From positions 34,868,057 through 34,907,032 of the forward strand of contig NC_068985.1 in NCBI RefSeq assembly GCF_001194135.2: a stretch of 38,976 nt of DNA. Direction: 5' to 3'. Shown here in pieces: positions 1 to 11,304 of the stretch (position 1 is the stretch's first letter; each line of letters starts with the position of its first letter). This DNA comes from Octopus bimaculoides (Eukaryota). Both the position numbers and the translations under genes were made by a program. Below the pieces are notes generated by a model that was not told where the DNA came from, ran no database searches, and saw only the letters and a list, made by a program, of their open reading frames with translations.

Positions 1-394
1 TATATATATATATATATATATGCATATATCTGCACATATGTATATATATATATAGATGTATATGTGTAGATGTATATGTATAGATGTATAGTATAGATTG
101 CTAGTTGTTATTAAAATGAACATTCTTTTAATGCATTAACCTCATCTTTAGTGTGTATACTGGTTGGATTTCTAACTGTCATCAGAAATATTATTCTTGA
201 ATATGCACTTGCACACACACTTCATCATCATCATCATCACCATTTAACGTCCACTTTTCATACTGGCATGGGTCAGACATCAGTGCAAGCTATGAACACA
301 TAAGAAATGCAGCAGTATCACTAGATGATTAACAGAATAAATAACTTTTTACATGTAGCAGATATGCAGGTACATTAAACACCAGGAATGTACA

Positions 395-722
395 AAATAT
401 AGACTTCCTCATAGATTAGGAGAGATCCACAGCAGTAGTTAACAGTTTCCATTACTTAGGTGACCAAGTTAGTTGTGGGGGTTGTTGTCCCAAAAGCATA
501 ACTGCTAGAATAAGAATAGGCTGGGCAAAGTTCAGAGAACTACTACATCTGTTAGTAATGAAGGGCCTCTCCCTCAGAGTGAAGTGCAGATTGTACATCA
601 TCGTCATTTAACATCCGCCTTCCATGCTAGCATGGGTGGGACATAAACAGCTATGCCACATGGCAGTGAGACATGCTGTGACTACTGAGGATATGCGAAG
701 ACTTGAAAGAAATGAAGTCAGT
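395..722 (+). mobile_element. RTE-clade LINE fragment (RT C-terminal part), interrupted by a SINE tail near 597-650
   Basis: Translates as SITARIRIGWAKFRELLHLLVMKGLSLRVK and HGSETHAVTTEDMRRLERNE, which are RTE thumb-region motifs. Confidence 0.8.
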
Positions 723-959
723 TTTGGACCAAACACCTTGAATAAATTTACTGATGTGATTCCTTTTTGCATCCATAATTTTTCGTCTACCTTTTTAAAA
801 GTTTATAGGAAGAAAAAGTCAAAATAATAAAATCATTTAGTCGTTACAGGGAATTGAAACCGACGAGGCTGAATTTACTTTAATACAGCCACCTGTATAA
901 TTATAAAACTTTATTTTATTTTACTTTTTTTTCTCTTCTGATTTAAATAAATACCTAAG

Positions 960-1110
960 TGTCTTGACTGTGAGGAACCTAGTTGAAGCTCCTCTCCACG
1001 TAACCTCTTGGATGCAACATACATCAACATGCTTCCTTTCAAGCATCTCCACAGTCGTGTTAGATTTACATTTCAGTGTGCCTACATTTGCAGTGCCAAC
1101 TCTGAAAACT
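960..1110 (-). mobile_element. RTE LINE apurinic endonuclease N-terminal fragment
   Basis: ORF 921-1172 reads RVGTANVGTLK...EMLERKHVDVCCIQEVTWRG, APE domains I-II. Confidence 0.8.
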
Positions 1111-1436
1111 GGGAAAGGGAGATGCAAAGGAGACATGTTATTCAGCACCTGAAAAGAAGGTTTCCTGATCATTTGATATCAGACATGTTATATATACTGT
1201 CCTTCCTATAAATTACAATTTATAGGAAGGACAATATATATTTTATTATTATTTTTATATTTCTAATGTTTTAATTAATATTATATATATACCATTGGTT
1301 CTTAATNNNNNNNNNNNNNNNNNNNNNNNNNNNNNNNNNNNNNNNNNNNNNNNNNNNNNNNNNNNNNNNNNNNNNNNNNNNNNNNNNNNNNNNNNNNNNN
1401 NNNNNNTGATTTATTTTGTAATAATTTGTCTTTTAG

Positions 1437-1748
1437 ATGACATTGGGAATCTTTACCCAAGTTCGGAAACACCAAATGCGATAAAAGATAAAAAATTCAC
1501 ATTGAAATGTAAAACAATGGGTACTGGTACTACAGTAATTTGGTATACTGGAAATGGAACAGTTATTGCTAAATACATTGGAATATTGAACCAAAATATT
1601 GTTAAATATTTTGGTAGCCGTCAAGAAACTAGTTGCCAAAGCAATAGTTGCACATTGAGTATAACCAATGTCAGTTTAGATGAAGACAACATGGACATTA
1701 TTTGCAAAAGCGGTTTACATACAAGCATGTACAGTATTACAGTATTTG
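1437..1748 (+). CDS. Ig-superfamily membrane protein, Ig domain 1 exon (V-like)
   Basis: Acceptor ttgtcttttag, donor TTTG|gtaagt, phase 1-1, 312 nt open. Translation has the Ig pattern FTLKC...VIWY...CTLSITNVSLDED...IIC. Confidence 0.88.
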
Positions 1749-1799
1749 GTAAGTAATTATTTTTTGTACAGTTGTGTGATTTTATTCTATTATTCCTTT

Positions 1800-1976
1800 A
1801 TTTATTTCAGTCATTAGACTGTAACCATACCAGGGCATTACTCGAAGGGTTTAGTCGAGTATGTGGACCCCAGTGTTTTGAGTCTCTTATTTTTATCGGT
1901 CTCTTTTTACCAAACTGCTAAGTGACTGGAAAGTAAGCATATCTACAATGGTTGTAAAGTGGTAAGAAACAAACAC
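1800..1976 (-). mobile_element. Degenerate SINE (Meta/MESC-type body)
   Basis: The minus strand reads cacttagcagtttggtaaaaagagaccgataaaaataag...ggggtc...cgactaaa, recognised from memory as an octopus SINE body. It shares the cgataaa-taag core with the copy at 38440. Confidence 0.55.
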
Positions 1977-2042
1977 TAAGTTGCACACACTTATACACAT
2001 CAATAAATATACATATGTATACACCACCACCACCACCGCCAC

Positions 2043-2722
2043 CTGGATTATGGGGCGTATGATCATTGAGAGGAAGTAGGAGATCCTGTAGTTGCTAGCA
2101 ATATTCGCTCCCCACACTGGTCTTGTTGGTGGTCCTGCCACTGGATTGGTGGTTATTTTGTGGTTCTTTGCAGAGTCCATACAGCATTGGGATGTCATTT
2201 TTCCAGGTTTGGAAATTGTTGGCCGTGTGTTTCTGAGGTCCAAGAACAATTGTTCACATCATCATGTGGGTGTTGAGGATCTTTTCTCTCTCCTTATATG
2301 CCTGTAAAGTTGTTACTTTCATATTGGCGATGTGAGGTTCCATTGCCTGGATGTAGTTCGGCAAGCTGTCCTACCTGTGGGGAGGCATACCACCTCTCCA
2401 TTCCTTGTGCGCTGCATGAGCTTATGAAGGCCACTCATGGGTATATTCCTGAGTTGTTGGGCCTCTGTCCTATTCTGTCTCTTAGTGTATAGTTCTAAAA
2501 TCTATGTTTTGTCCTAACTATAGTCAATTGTGCTTCCATGTTGTCACTAGTATGTCTTGGGATGCAGACCCTTTTGTTAAAGGATAAATACAGCTCATGT
2601 TGTAAGATTTGGCACATATGTTGAAGAACTGAGTAACAAGGGGGTCGGTATTCATTTTGTTGGCCCTTCTAGGGTTAGCTTCCTCACTACCACTACCACC
2701 ATTACTGCTACCATCATCAACC

Positions 2723-2764
<42 letters not shown>

Positions 2765-3420
2765 TCTCTCTGATTATCGCTAGTAACATTCTCGTTGTTA
2801 TTATACCTGATGTTTGTGTATGTGTTGTTGGTATTAATGTTGGTTCTTATGTCTGCCTGTTGGTCCCTGCTATTCCCCCTGTTGTGGTTGTTGTTTCTCT
2901 TCCTAGCAGCAGTGTTTTCTGTTTCAAGTCTGCTGACTCCTTGTCCAAAATTCTGTTGCTTTCAACTTTACTCTCCCCCATGACCTCTATGACCCTACTT
3001 TTATTTTTGTCCTTGTGCCTACGGTCATCTGTGTGTCCGTTCCCCCATTACTAACCAGTCTGCAGAGCAAATATCACTAGCAACTACAGGATCTCCTACT
3101 TCCTCTGAATGATCATACGCCCCATAATCCAGATGTTTGTGATAGCACGGAAGATCTCCTCAGTAGGATCAATGATTGTAACAATACTTGCGACCTGACA
3201 TGTTGTGTAGTGAGTAGCATGGATGTGGCATCCCTATACCCATCCGTTGACATGGATTTTGCAGTGGAGATGATCAGTGAGAGTAAAGTGTAGTTCTGCA
3301 GTGTCAACACAGAGGAACTGGGCTTCCTACTTAGATTGACATAAGACAATGAATATCTAGACAAATATGACCATACAAGTTTCTGCCCCAGTAGACGTTT
3401 AAGAAATGTACCTGCTACAA
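2043..3420. mobile_element. Penelope-like retroelement with an inverted 5' part (minus 2043-~3053, plus ~3054-3420)
   Basis: Minus part: GPPTRPVWGANIASNYRISYFLSMII. Plus part: VVSSMDVASLYPSVDMDFAVEM (RT motif A). A 56-nt inverted repeat joins them (2043-2098 vs 3077-3132, 1 mismatch). Confidence 0.72.
2725..2763. repeat. (ACT)n microsatellite
   Basis: Direct reading. Confidence 0.95.
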
Positions 3421-4702
3421 TTACATCTTAGACAAATTATGGAAGCTACACACATAATAAAAGATAAACTTAGCCTAAATAGAAAACTAGAATGGAACAC
3501 TAGCACACACTCCCACACACCACAACATATGACAGAATAGATCCCCATAAACTGATAATAACATGAAACTAATACAACACACAGATGAATAAATGAGATT
3601 AAATAATTATATACATAAACAGAATAAAATAAATTAAATCAATACAAAAAAAAAAAGAAAGAAATCAAAAAGCAAGTAGATAAAAACGATTGAATAAAAT
3701 AAATAAAAGTAAATTAAATGAACAAGAATAAACAGCGGATACTGATAATGCAGGTACCATACACATTCCCACACACACACACACTTACTAAATATAACAG
3801 GAATACAAAATGGCAGATCATTAGTAAGGAGAGACAAAAAAGAAAGAGGAAAGCAGAGGACCACTAATGAGGTGACAGAAGTGTGACAAAAGAACTCTGG
3901 CCGAAATACAATTAATATATGATAAAGTTGAAGCAAGTGAACACCAAATATATGTGCGTGTGTTTTCATTGACTAAATTGGCAACATGACCATCCCCAGA
4001 TACAACAATATCTGTTTTAACACACGAATTCACTTCAAGAATCTTGCAAAATGAATATATAAATGTATTTACTGTGTGTCTTTGGTGTTTATTGTATCTG
4101 TATATCTGCCAAATACAAGGTCTACTTTCTCTTTGTAATTCCACTGTACATTTTATTTGTCCATAACCTGCATTGGGTACAATGTATGGAATTTATATCT
4201 AAACATTTTATTCATTGAGCAGGGCTATTTCCCAGAAGGGATTAGTAATTTGTTCGCTTTCTTGCAAACCAGGACTTTGGGCTTTGCTAAGGCCCTTTGA
4301 TTCCAAACATTGCTTCCACACCTGAAATTACTTTTCTAATTCTATCATAAATTCAGCCAAACAAACAAAGTCATTAACATAGAGGAGCTTCCATGTGCAA
4401 CTAGATATCACTATGAAATTTTGAAAATGTCTAAATGCAATTTCTACTGTATTTTGTCTTGGAGAGCATCCAGAAGAAATCATTTTGATACCTATCTTGT
4501 GAAATCTAGATGAAAATTTAAGGAAATATGACAATTCAAATAGTCAGTGAACTGGTTGAAACTTTACCTAATTAGCCTAAATGAATAATTAGTAAAGCAA
4601 TTTTTTGTGAAAATGTTAAAATTCCTTAAATGTGTTCCAAGGATAAAACCAAGATAAAACAACTTTTGTGATTAGTCATCTTAATTAATCACTGGGGAGT
4701 AG

Positions 4703-5050
4703 TGTAGCAAGGGCCATAAAGGCTAAAGGGAACAGGGCAGAGTTATGTTCCCTCATCCTGTTGTTGGTAGGTGGCACTTCCGATATGGAGGTATAAAAAC
4801 CCTAGTCGGACATCCATTCTCTCTCTTTTTCTGTTTTCCCTTCTAGGCAGGCAGCTTGTCAACTGCCCACACAAATAGGACTACTAACCCTCTTTTACTC
4901 CTGGCCATGACAACTACCATGCTATATAGCTAGAACAATGCTCACTCTCTATTTGTCAGCATGAACCATTAACCTTCAATAACTACTGACTTAATTACTA
5001 GCCCCACCGACTGACTAAATTCACTAATGAGGGAACAAACAGTTGGTACA
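4703..5050 (+). mobile_element. Possible LTR remnant
   Basis: TGTA...TACA ends, purine tract ggggagtag directly upstream and a TATAAAA box near 4793. No TSD or partner LTR found. Confidence 0.35.
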
Positions 5051-5199
5051 CCTTTCATATTATTTCATATGCATCTTTGTAAAACATGATAACATAAAAC
5101 TTGTTACACATAACCTTGTCTGAACATTGTTGCATACACATACATGCAGCACAACACGAAACAAATGAACCAAATTAATACTTGACTCCATCCTAAAGT

Positions 5200-6330
5200 T
5201 CTTTCCATGTCAATAAATACCTAGCACAGCAGATTAATTTTGACCAAATGCTTATCCTACCATTTCTTTACTCAGAAGGTAGCATCAGTAGTGCTTCCCC
5301 AGGCACAAAACCAAACTGTATCTCATCTTGTGTAACTCTCTTCCTAATTATTTGAGCTATGATTTTTTTCTGTAACCTTCATGACCTGCTCCAGCAATAT
5401 GATACCTCTGTAAATACTTCTGTCTCAGCCATCTCTTTTACCTTTGTAGCTAGTTACCTATAATGCAGCTAGATCAGTTGTTGAATATGATACCTTCCTG
5501 GACAACCTGATTAACTTCATGGGTGGCTGGGCCATATATCACTCCCACTCTCTGTTGAGGGATTTTTGACCTGCAAATTACTTGGTAACCTCACTGCTGC
5601 TGGTGCCATGTAAAAGACACTGTCTAGCCTATCATGGCATAGTAAATAGTGAGTATGATGAAGATAATGGTGGTAATTATTGATAAACTTGGACTTTCTC
5701 TGTTTTCATGTCCTTCATCACTCTATCTGTCTTATTGCTGTCAATTTGGTTAGCTTGTTTCACTGTTGTATCTTCTCTAGGAAGACTCTCCTTCTCCCAT
5801 GCATTCTCCAAATGTAACAGCCTTTCATAGTGAAATTTCCCTGCCACTTTATCAGAATCATCCATCCATACACACTTTTCTCCCACAACATTATAATTTT
5901 CTCTAATACTCTTGCAATCAGAAACACCCCATGCCACAAAACATTAGCAAACCTGTCCCTTTCTTCTTCCGTTGCTAGATAAACCTGTCACTGGCAACTT
6001 TTCTAGCCACTTGCTATATTTCTCTGCCATCTCCAGTCTTCTAATCCTTCCAAGCCTTTCTATTTACTTTTATATCTCTGTTTGCTTCACTGTTCCATCA
6101 CCATGTCATCCTAGATCTGGCTAGAGCTTTGCACCAGCCACAGATTTGGTCTGTTGCCTTCAGTAGATATTCCTGAAGAGAATTCCAGTTCTTCTCTACA
6201 TCAAAAGTCTCATCAAATATTTCAGTTAGCACTTTTCTAAATCTGTGACAGTTCACTGAATCCTTAAGCTTTCATAACCTCCTTTTCCAGATTGAGAAGA
6301 CTGAAAAGAAATGAAGCAAGCATACTCTAC
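5200..6330 (-). mobile_element. Degenerate RTE LINE fragment (linker and RT N-terminal part)
   Basis: HYERLLHLENAWEKESLP...KDMKT (ORF 5677-5937) and a frameshifted GSTTDATF/FIDMERT region. Confidence 0.7.
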
Positions 6331-6409
6331 TGGATATGCAGTGTAAGTATGCATGAAAGAACTAGTACAAAGATGCTGAGCAAATAACTGGACATTAAAG
6401 GGCTTCTAG

Positions 6410-6855
6410 AACTGTTTCACTGAAGTGAGCAGGTCTTTTCAAGAACCTCATATTGCCAGATATTTTAGTTTATTGTCATCTCCTCCATGAGGCCCAATAT
6501 GATGAGATCAGTCCTCACCACTTCATCCCATGTCTTCTTGGGTCTCCCTTTTCCAATGGGTGTCATCCACTCTCAGTGATCAGCATTTCTTTATACAGCT
6601 GTCTTCATTCATATGCATCACATGTCCAAACCAAGATAGTCTTCTTTCTTGCACACTGCATCTGGTTCCTCTTATGCCCAACTTTTCTCTCAACACATTT
6701 ACACTTTGTCATATGTGCTCATTGACGTTGCACTTCCAACAAAGCATACTGCTGTCATTCCTCTCTAATCTACTAGAGCCCAGGTTTCACTACCATGGAG
6801 TATAGCCATTCGTACACAAGCATCATACAGTCTACCTTTCCCACTGAGAGAGAAT
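6410..6855 (-). mobile_element. RTE LINE 3' coding end
   Basis: GKGRLYDACVRMAILHGSETWA...GKGRPKKTWDEVVRTDL. Confidence 0.8.
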
Positions 6856-6889
6856 CCTTTTGTTGCCAACAGAGATAAAAGCCCGTATA

Positions 6890-7165
6890 TCATCATCATC
6901 ATCATCGTTTAACATCCGCTTTCCATGCTGGTATGGGTTGGATGGTTTAACTGAGGGCTGCACCTGGCTCCAATCCAGTCTGGCAAAGTTATTACAACTG
7001 GATGCCCTTCCAAACGCCAACCACTCTGAGAGTGTAGTGGATGCTTTTTTATGTGCGACCAGCACAAGGGCCAGTCAGGCGGCACTGGCAACGACCACGC
7101 TCAAATGGTGCTTTTTACATGACACCAGCATGGGACCAGTCAGCTGGCAATGCATCAGGCATGCT
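6890..7165 (-). mobile_element. SINE with RTE-type (GAT)n tail
   Basis: Minus strand ends ...catggaaagcggatgttaaacgatgatgatgatgatg. The body matches the copies at 7417, 28959 and 34034. Confidence 0.85.
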
Positions 7166-7416
7166 TGCTTTAACCACAGATAGATATCTTAGTAATAATA
7201 CTAGCATTATACATCTATATGAGTAGACACACATACAAACACATACACACAGAAAAATATACACATGCATTTTATTGTACACAACTATACCAATTAAAGA
7301 AGTATTAAAAAATTAGCTATAAATGTGGTCCAATCGATGTGTTTGTTAATTTGAGGTTTTCTCCATTTTCTGATTATATATATATACACACACATGTATA
7401 TATATATATATATATA

Positions 7417-7598
7417 AAAGCACCTACTACACTCTCTGAGTGGTTGGCATTAGGAAGGGCATCCAGCTGTAGAAACTCTGCCAAATTTAGATTGGAGCCT
7501 GGTGTTGCCATCCGGTTTCACCAGTCCTCAGTCAAGTCGTCCAACCCATGCTAGCATGAAAAGCGGACGTTAAACGATGATGATGATGATGATGATGA
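7417..7598 (+). mobile_element. SINE 3' part with RTE-type (GAT)n tail
   Basis: cacctactacactctctgagtggttggc...ccatgctagcatgaaaagcggacgttaaac(gat)n. Confidence 0.85.
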
Positions 7599-8357
7599 TA
7601 TATATATATATATGTGCATATATATCATCGATAATGATGAAGTTGTACTTAATAAATGAATATATGATATACTGTAATGTGTGTTTCATGATAGAAACTA
7701 GTATGTTTAAAATTTATAAATAAAAGAGTGATGGATATATAGACGTTTTATATATTACACATTTATATACACAAAATATGTATACCACTTATGCATTCAT
7801 TTTATAGGATATTTACATACACTTATAAATACATATACAAACATGTGCCCATAGAAACCAACACATTTATATGCACAAAATATATAAACCTACATATGCA
7901 TGCATTTTATATTATACATACATATATCTTTTATCTTTTATATTTTACTGGTTTCAGCCAAATGCTAGGGCCATACTGGAGCATCACATTTCGGTGTGTT
8001 TGGGTGTCCTGTCTATAGTGTTTTCAATGAAGTAGTGAGCTGGATGGAGCTGTTCTTCTTTGTGCCTCCTGTAAATCAGACAAAAGGGTTATAGTACATA
8101 CTAAAACTTTCCTAGTGGAGAATGTACTACACACAAAGGTTGGTGGCTAGTAACACCAAAGTCAGAGCTAGGTAGACATAGAAATGAGCTAGGAGAAGGA
8201 AGATATGGGGAAAAAAGGATCTCATAATTGGGAATAGGTCTAGAGAAATGTTAACTGATGGATATGACCATAGGGAGAAAGATTTAGATACTTGTAGCAA
8301 AAATGACAACTGAGAATTTCTACAAAATAACCACAGTCTTCCTCATAAGATAATATA

Positions 8358-8452
8358 GGTGCAGGTGTGACTGTTTGGTTAAGAAGTTTGCTTCCCAAAC
8401 ATATGGTTTCAGATTCAGTTTCACTGCCCAGCAACCTGGGCAAATGTCTTCT
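8358..8452 (+). mobile_element. tRNA-derived SINE head (3'-truncated)
   Basis: A-box-like gtgactgtttggttaag and B-box-like ggtttcagattcagtttc, followed by ctgggcaaatgtcttcta. Confidence 0.6.
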
Positions 8453-8499
8453 AGATTGCTTTATATTAGTGGTTCTATTTTCTACTTTTCCACATCTAT

Positions 8500-8935
8500 T
8501 ATTCATCAGTAATATCATTGTATATTTTGTAGCCTTGGCCCTTGTTGCTAAGGCTGATCTGTAATGTATGATAGACCTTGCAGGTAGTTTTCTTGTAGAA
8601 ACTGAGTTGCAATATCAATAAAGTGTTTAATTTCGATGATTACATAGTTGTCAATATCATTTATTGTGCAAGATACATAGTCAGTCTCTCTATTAGCAGC
8701 GGTGAGCCTAAGGATATCATCTGCATATCTGAGGAGAAAGCACAAGAGTAGCAGACACTATCTACATTACTTTCCAGTTGGTCCATATATGTGATATTTT
8801 GTTAACTCAATCAGTGAGTACTGTATAATGCCTTCTGATTTCAATGAAGATAATACTGTTGTATTTTTCATCTAGCTAAGAAATATATAAACAACATTTA
8901 TAAGATTGCTGTCACCTCAGTCCTGCAAAAATAGA
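8500..8935 (-). mobile_element. Degenerate reverse-transcriptase fragment (possibly Penelope-like)
   Basis: LLRYADDIL motif in ORF 8548-8745. The remainder is heavily disrupted. Confidence 0.45.
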
Positions 8936-9083
8936 TGTAGGTTAATAGTTATTTTAACACTTACTTATGTAAGGAAGCATGTAACAGATATACATATATA
9001 CACAGACACATAGATACACACAGACTAAAATGCAAACATTCATTCATATATTGATATAATTTTGGTCAATTCTTCTATTTCAG

Positions 9084-9404
9084 TTTTACCCAAATCAGTC
9101 ACAATCAAGGCTATTTCTGACACAGTTCCTGTGGAAAATCAGATCAAAAGTTATGAATGCCTTATTAAAGATGCCAAACCTGAATTTTCAGTTTTCTGGC
9201 TGATTACAAGGAAAAATGGAACACAAGAAAATGCTACAAAGAATATTTCAAACAACTCAAGCAAATCAGGAGACCTGATCACTTTATCATCAAAATTGAC
9301 ATTAACTCTTCATAAGAGGTTTAAAGAATTACAGTGTGTTGCATATTTTCTGGATAAAACTGGAATTGTTACTTATTCAAAGAAACTAGACATGCTCATA
9401 GAAT
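9084..9404 (+). CDS. Ig-superfamily membrane protein, Ig domain 2 exon (C2-set/CD80-like)
   Basis: Acceptor ttctatttcag, donor GAAT|gtaagt, phase 1-1, 321 nt open. Motifs YEC...KP...VFW...SSKLTLTL...LQCVA. Joins exon 1 in frame (ITVF-V-LPKS). Confidence 0.88.
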
Positions 9405-9904
9405 GTAAGTTTTTACTTTTTGTTTCTGTAAAGCATAAACAGCAGTTTTGTTCAAAATTTTTATGTGAAATATATGTACATTTTAAAGTTTATATCTAAC
9501 ACAACAGTGCAATTACTCAACTCAAACAATTTTGGAAAGATTTGTTTTTTGTTATACTGTATCACTGGCTGCTTATGAATTAGTAGAGAGAATGAGGCTC
9601 AGATTGATTGGTTAGGATGATTACTTGGTGAGGTAAGGGAATTCTTTGATCAATTCTCTGCTACATCTGTGTATTAAGGTCATGTGATAACCGTATGTAA
9701 AGGTCACTTCAAAGGTCAAATCTAGTAATATGTCATGTGATAGTCAGAACAATAACTATACATGGTGAATGTCACACCTGAATTTTGGGCTGTTTATCCT
9801 GGTGATTGTGTTAAGTAGCTGTATGAGTAGCTATTATCTTAATTATCCAAGGTGTTGTGAGTATTTTTTGTGTCATATTTACAACTTTTGTGAATGATTG
9901 TATC

Positions 9905-10085
9905 GTGCTTGAAAAGACCTGTCAAGCCAAGTGAGATTGTAGCTGTGGCCGATGCCGGTGTTTAGTAACTGGCATCTGTGCCAGTAGCACGTAAAAAGTA
10001 CCCACTACACTCTTGGTGTAAGAAGGGCATCCAGCTATAGAAACCATACCAAATCAAACTGGAACCTGGTGCAACTCCCCAGCTT
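9905..10085 (+). mobile_element. SINE fragment (same family as 34034-34719)
   Basis: gtgccagtagcacgtaaaaagtacccactacactc...aagggcatccagctatagaaacc. Confidence 0.75.
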
Positions 10086-10424
10086 ACCAGTTTTGTTGAC
10101 ACTAGGATACAAATATATGAAGCCCAAAGTGACACTGGGATACAAATATAAGAAACCCAATATACCCCTATCATGATTACACATCTCATAAGGGTAATCC
10201 AGGCACATGCATTGCAACCATATGCCTAGCCTCACAGGTTGGGCCAAGTTAGAATTATCTTTTGGTTAAGTAGCTCATGCAGCTCAAAAATCTGTGGTGT
10301 TGAGCAGAAAATTTCCTGTATCTCATCTTTTACACTGTGACAAAAACATGTACATGAAAACACTTCCAATCAGTTGAAATCAGAAGCTATGGGAGCCATT
10401 GCCGAGTATTGAATCAGGGCATTT

Positions 10425-11300
10425 ATTATTGTTATTATTATTATTAAGACGTTGCACAGTATCCAATATCGTGATGTTGTTGATTGAAGATATTGTGTCT
10501 ACCAGGGGGTTGTACTGTCTGTCAAGTTACAAGGATGTCAGATAGACAGTACTTTACGCAATGTGTGTGTAGTTCCAAATAATGCCAGTTTTTGCAATAC
10601 ACTTACATTGTGGGGTATTTCTAAAGTTTCCAGATGTTTCGTCAGCTTGGGTGGTATTGAACCTAGTGCTCCGATGATAATAAGGACAACCTTTATGTTT
10701 GACTCTCATAGCTGCCTCACCTTAGCAATCTCAATTCTCAGGTCTCCATATTTATCAATCTTTTCTCTTTCTTTCATGATAATATGTCAATCTCCTGGTA
10801 CTACCACATCAATTATTAGGCACTCTTGTTTGTCCCTCCTAAAGTTACTATATTCAGCCTTTGGTGCTCTAACATCTTTTCTGTTTGGAAGTCAAAGTCA
10901 CTGAGGATTTTTGCCTTCCCTTTTTCATCCACTACCTTTTCCAGTGTATGTCAGTACCAAGCACTCATTACTTTGTATCCTTACTTCCAGCATAGTAGCC
11001 AGTGAAAGCTTTGGGTTACCTTGTGTCTGCACTTGTAGTCATTCTGCACAAGACTTTCACAAGCACTAACAACGTGAGTCATACTTTCGACCCTGTTCTC
11101 ATACATTCTGCAGAGGTTCATTGCATTTGTGTGGTATACATCCATTTTCAATGAGTTGGTATTCAATGCCTGATCCTGGGCTGTGATGATTAGGCTTTCA
11201 GTATTCTTTATTAGGTCACCCTTGCTGAGCTATCTCCATGATGCTTCTGGTCTTTTAAGGTGTTAGTTTCACAGTGGAGCTGATCATGTAATTCAATGTG
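10425..11300 (-). mobile_element. 5'-truncated non-LTR retrotransposon with restriction-like endonuclease (R4/Dong-like), copy 1
   Basis: WLSKGDLIKNTESLIITAQDQALNTN, CCHC knuckle CRMY...THVVSAC...YKCRH, IIIGALGSIPPKL and a (TAA)n tail at ~10427-10445. Confidence 0.8.
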
Positions 11301-11304
11301 GAGT

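Noticed and set aside
177-187. Minus-strand CTGATGA...GAAA hammerhead-like motif
   Set aside because: No stem II can form between the two motifs.
850-900. Possible short terminal exon GIETDEAEFTLIQPPV-stop of an upstream gene
   Set aside because: Too short, with a weak acceptor and no supporting exons.
10333-10348. CACTGTG next to ACAAAAACA, resembling a V(D)J recombination signal in an Ig-gene intron
   Set aside because: There is no 12/23 spacer, it is not adjacent to an Ig exon and no other RSS-like motif flanks the exons.
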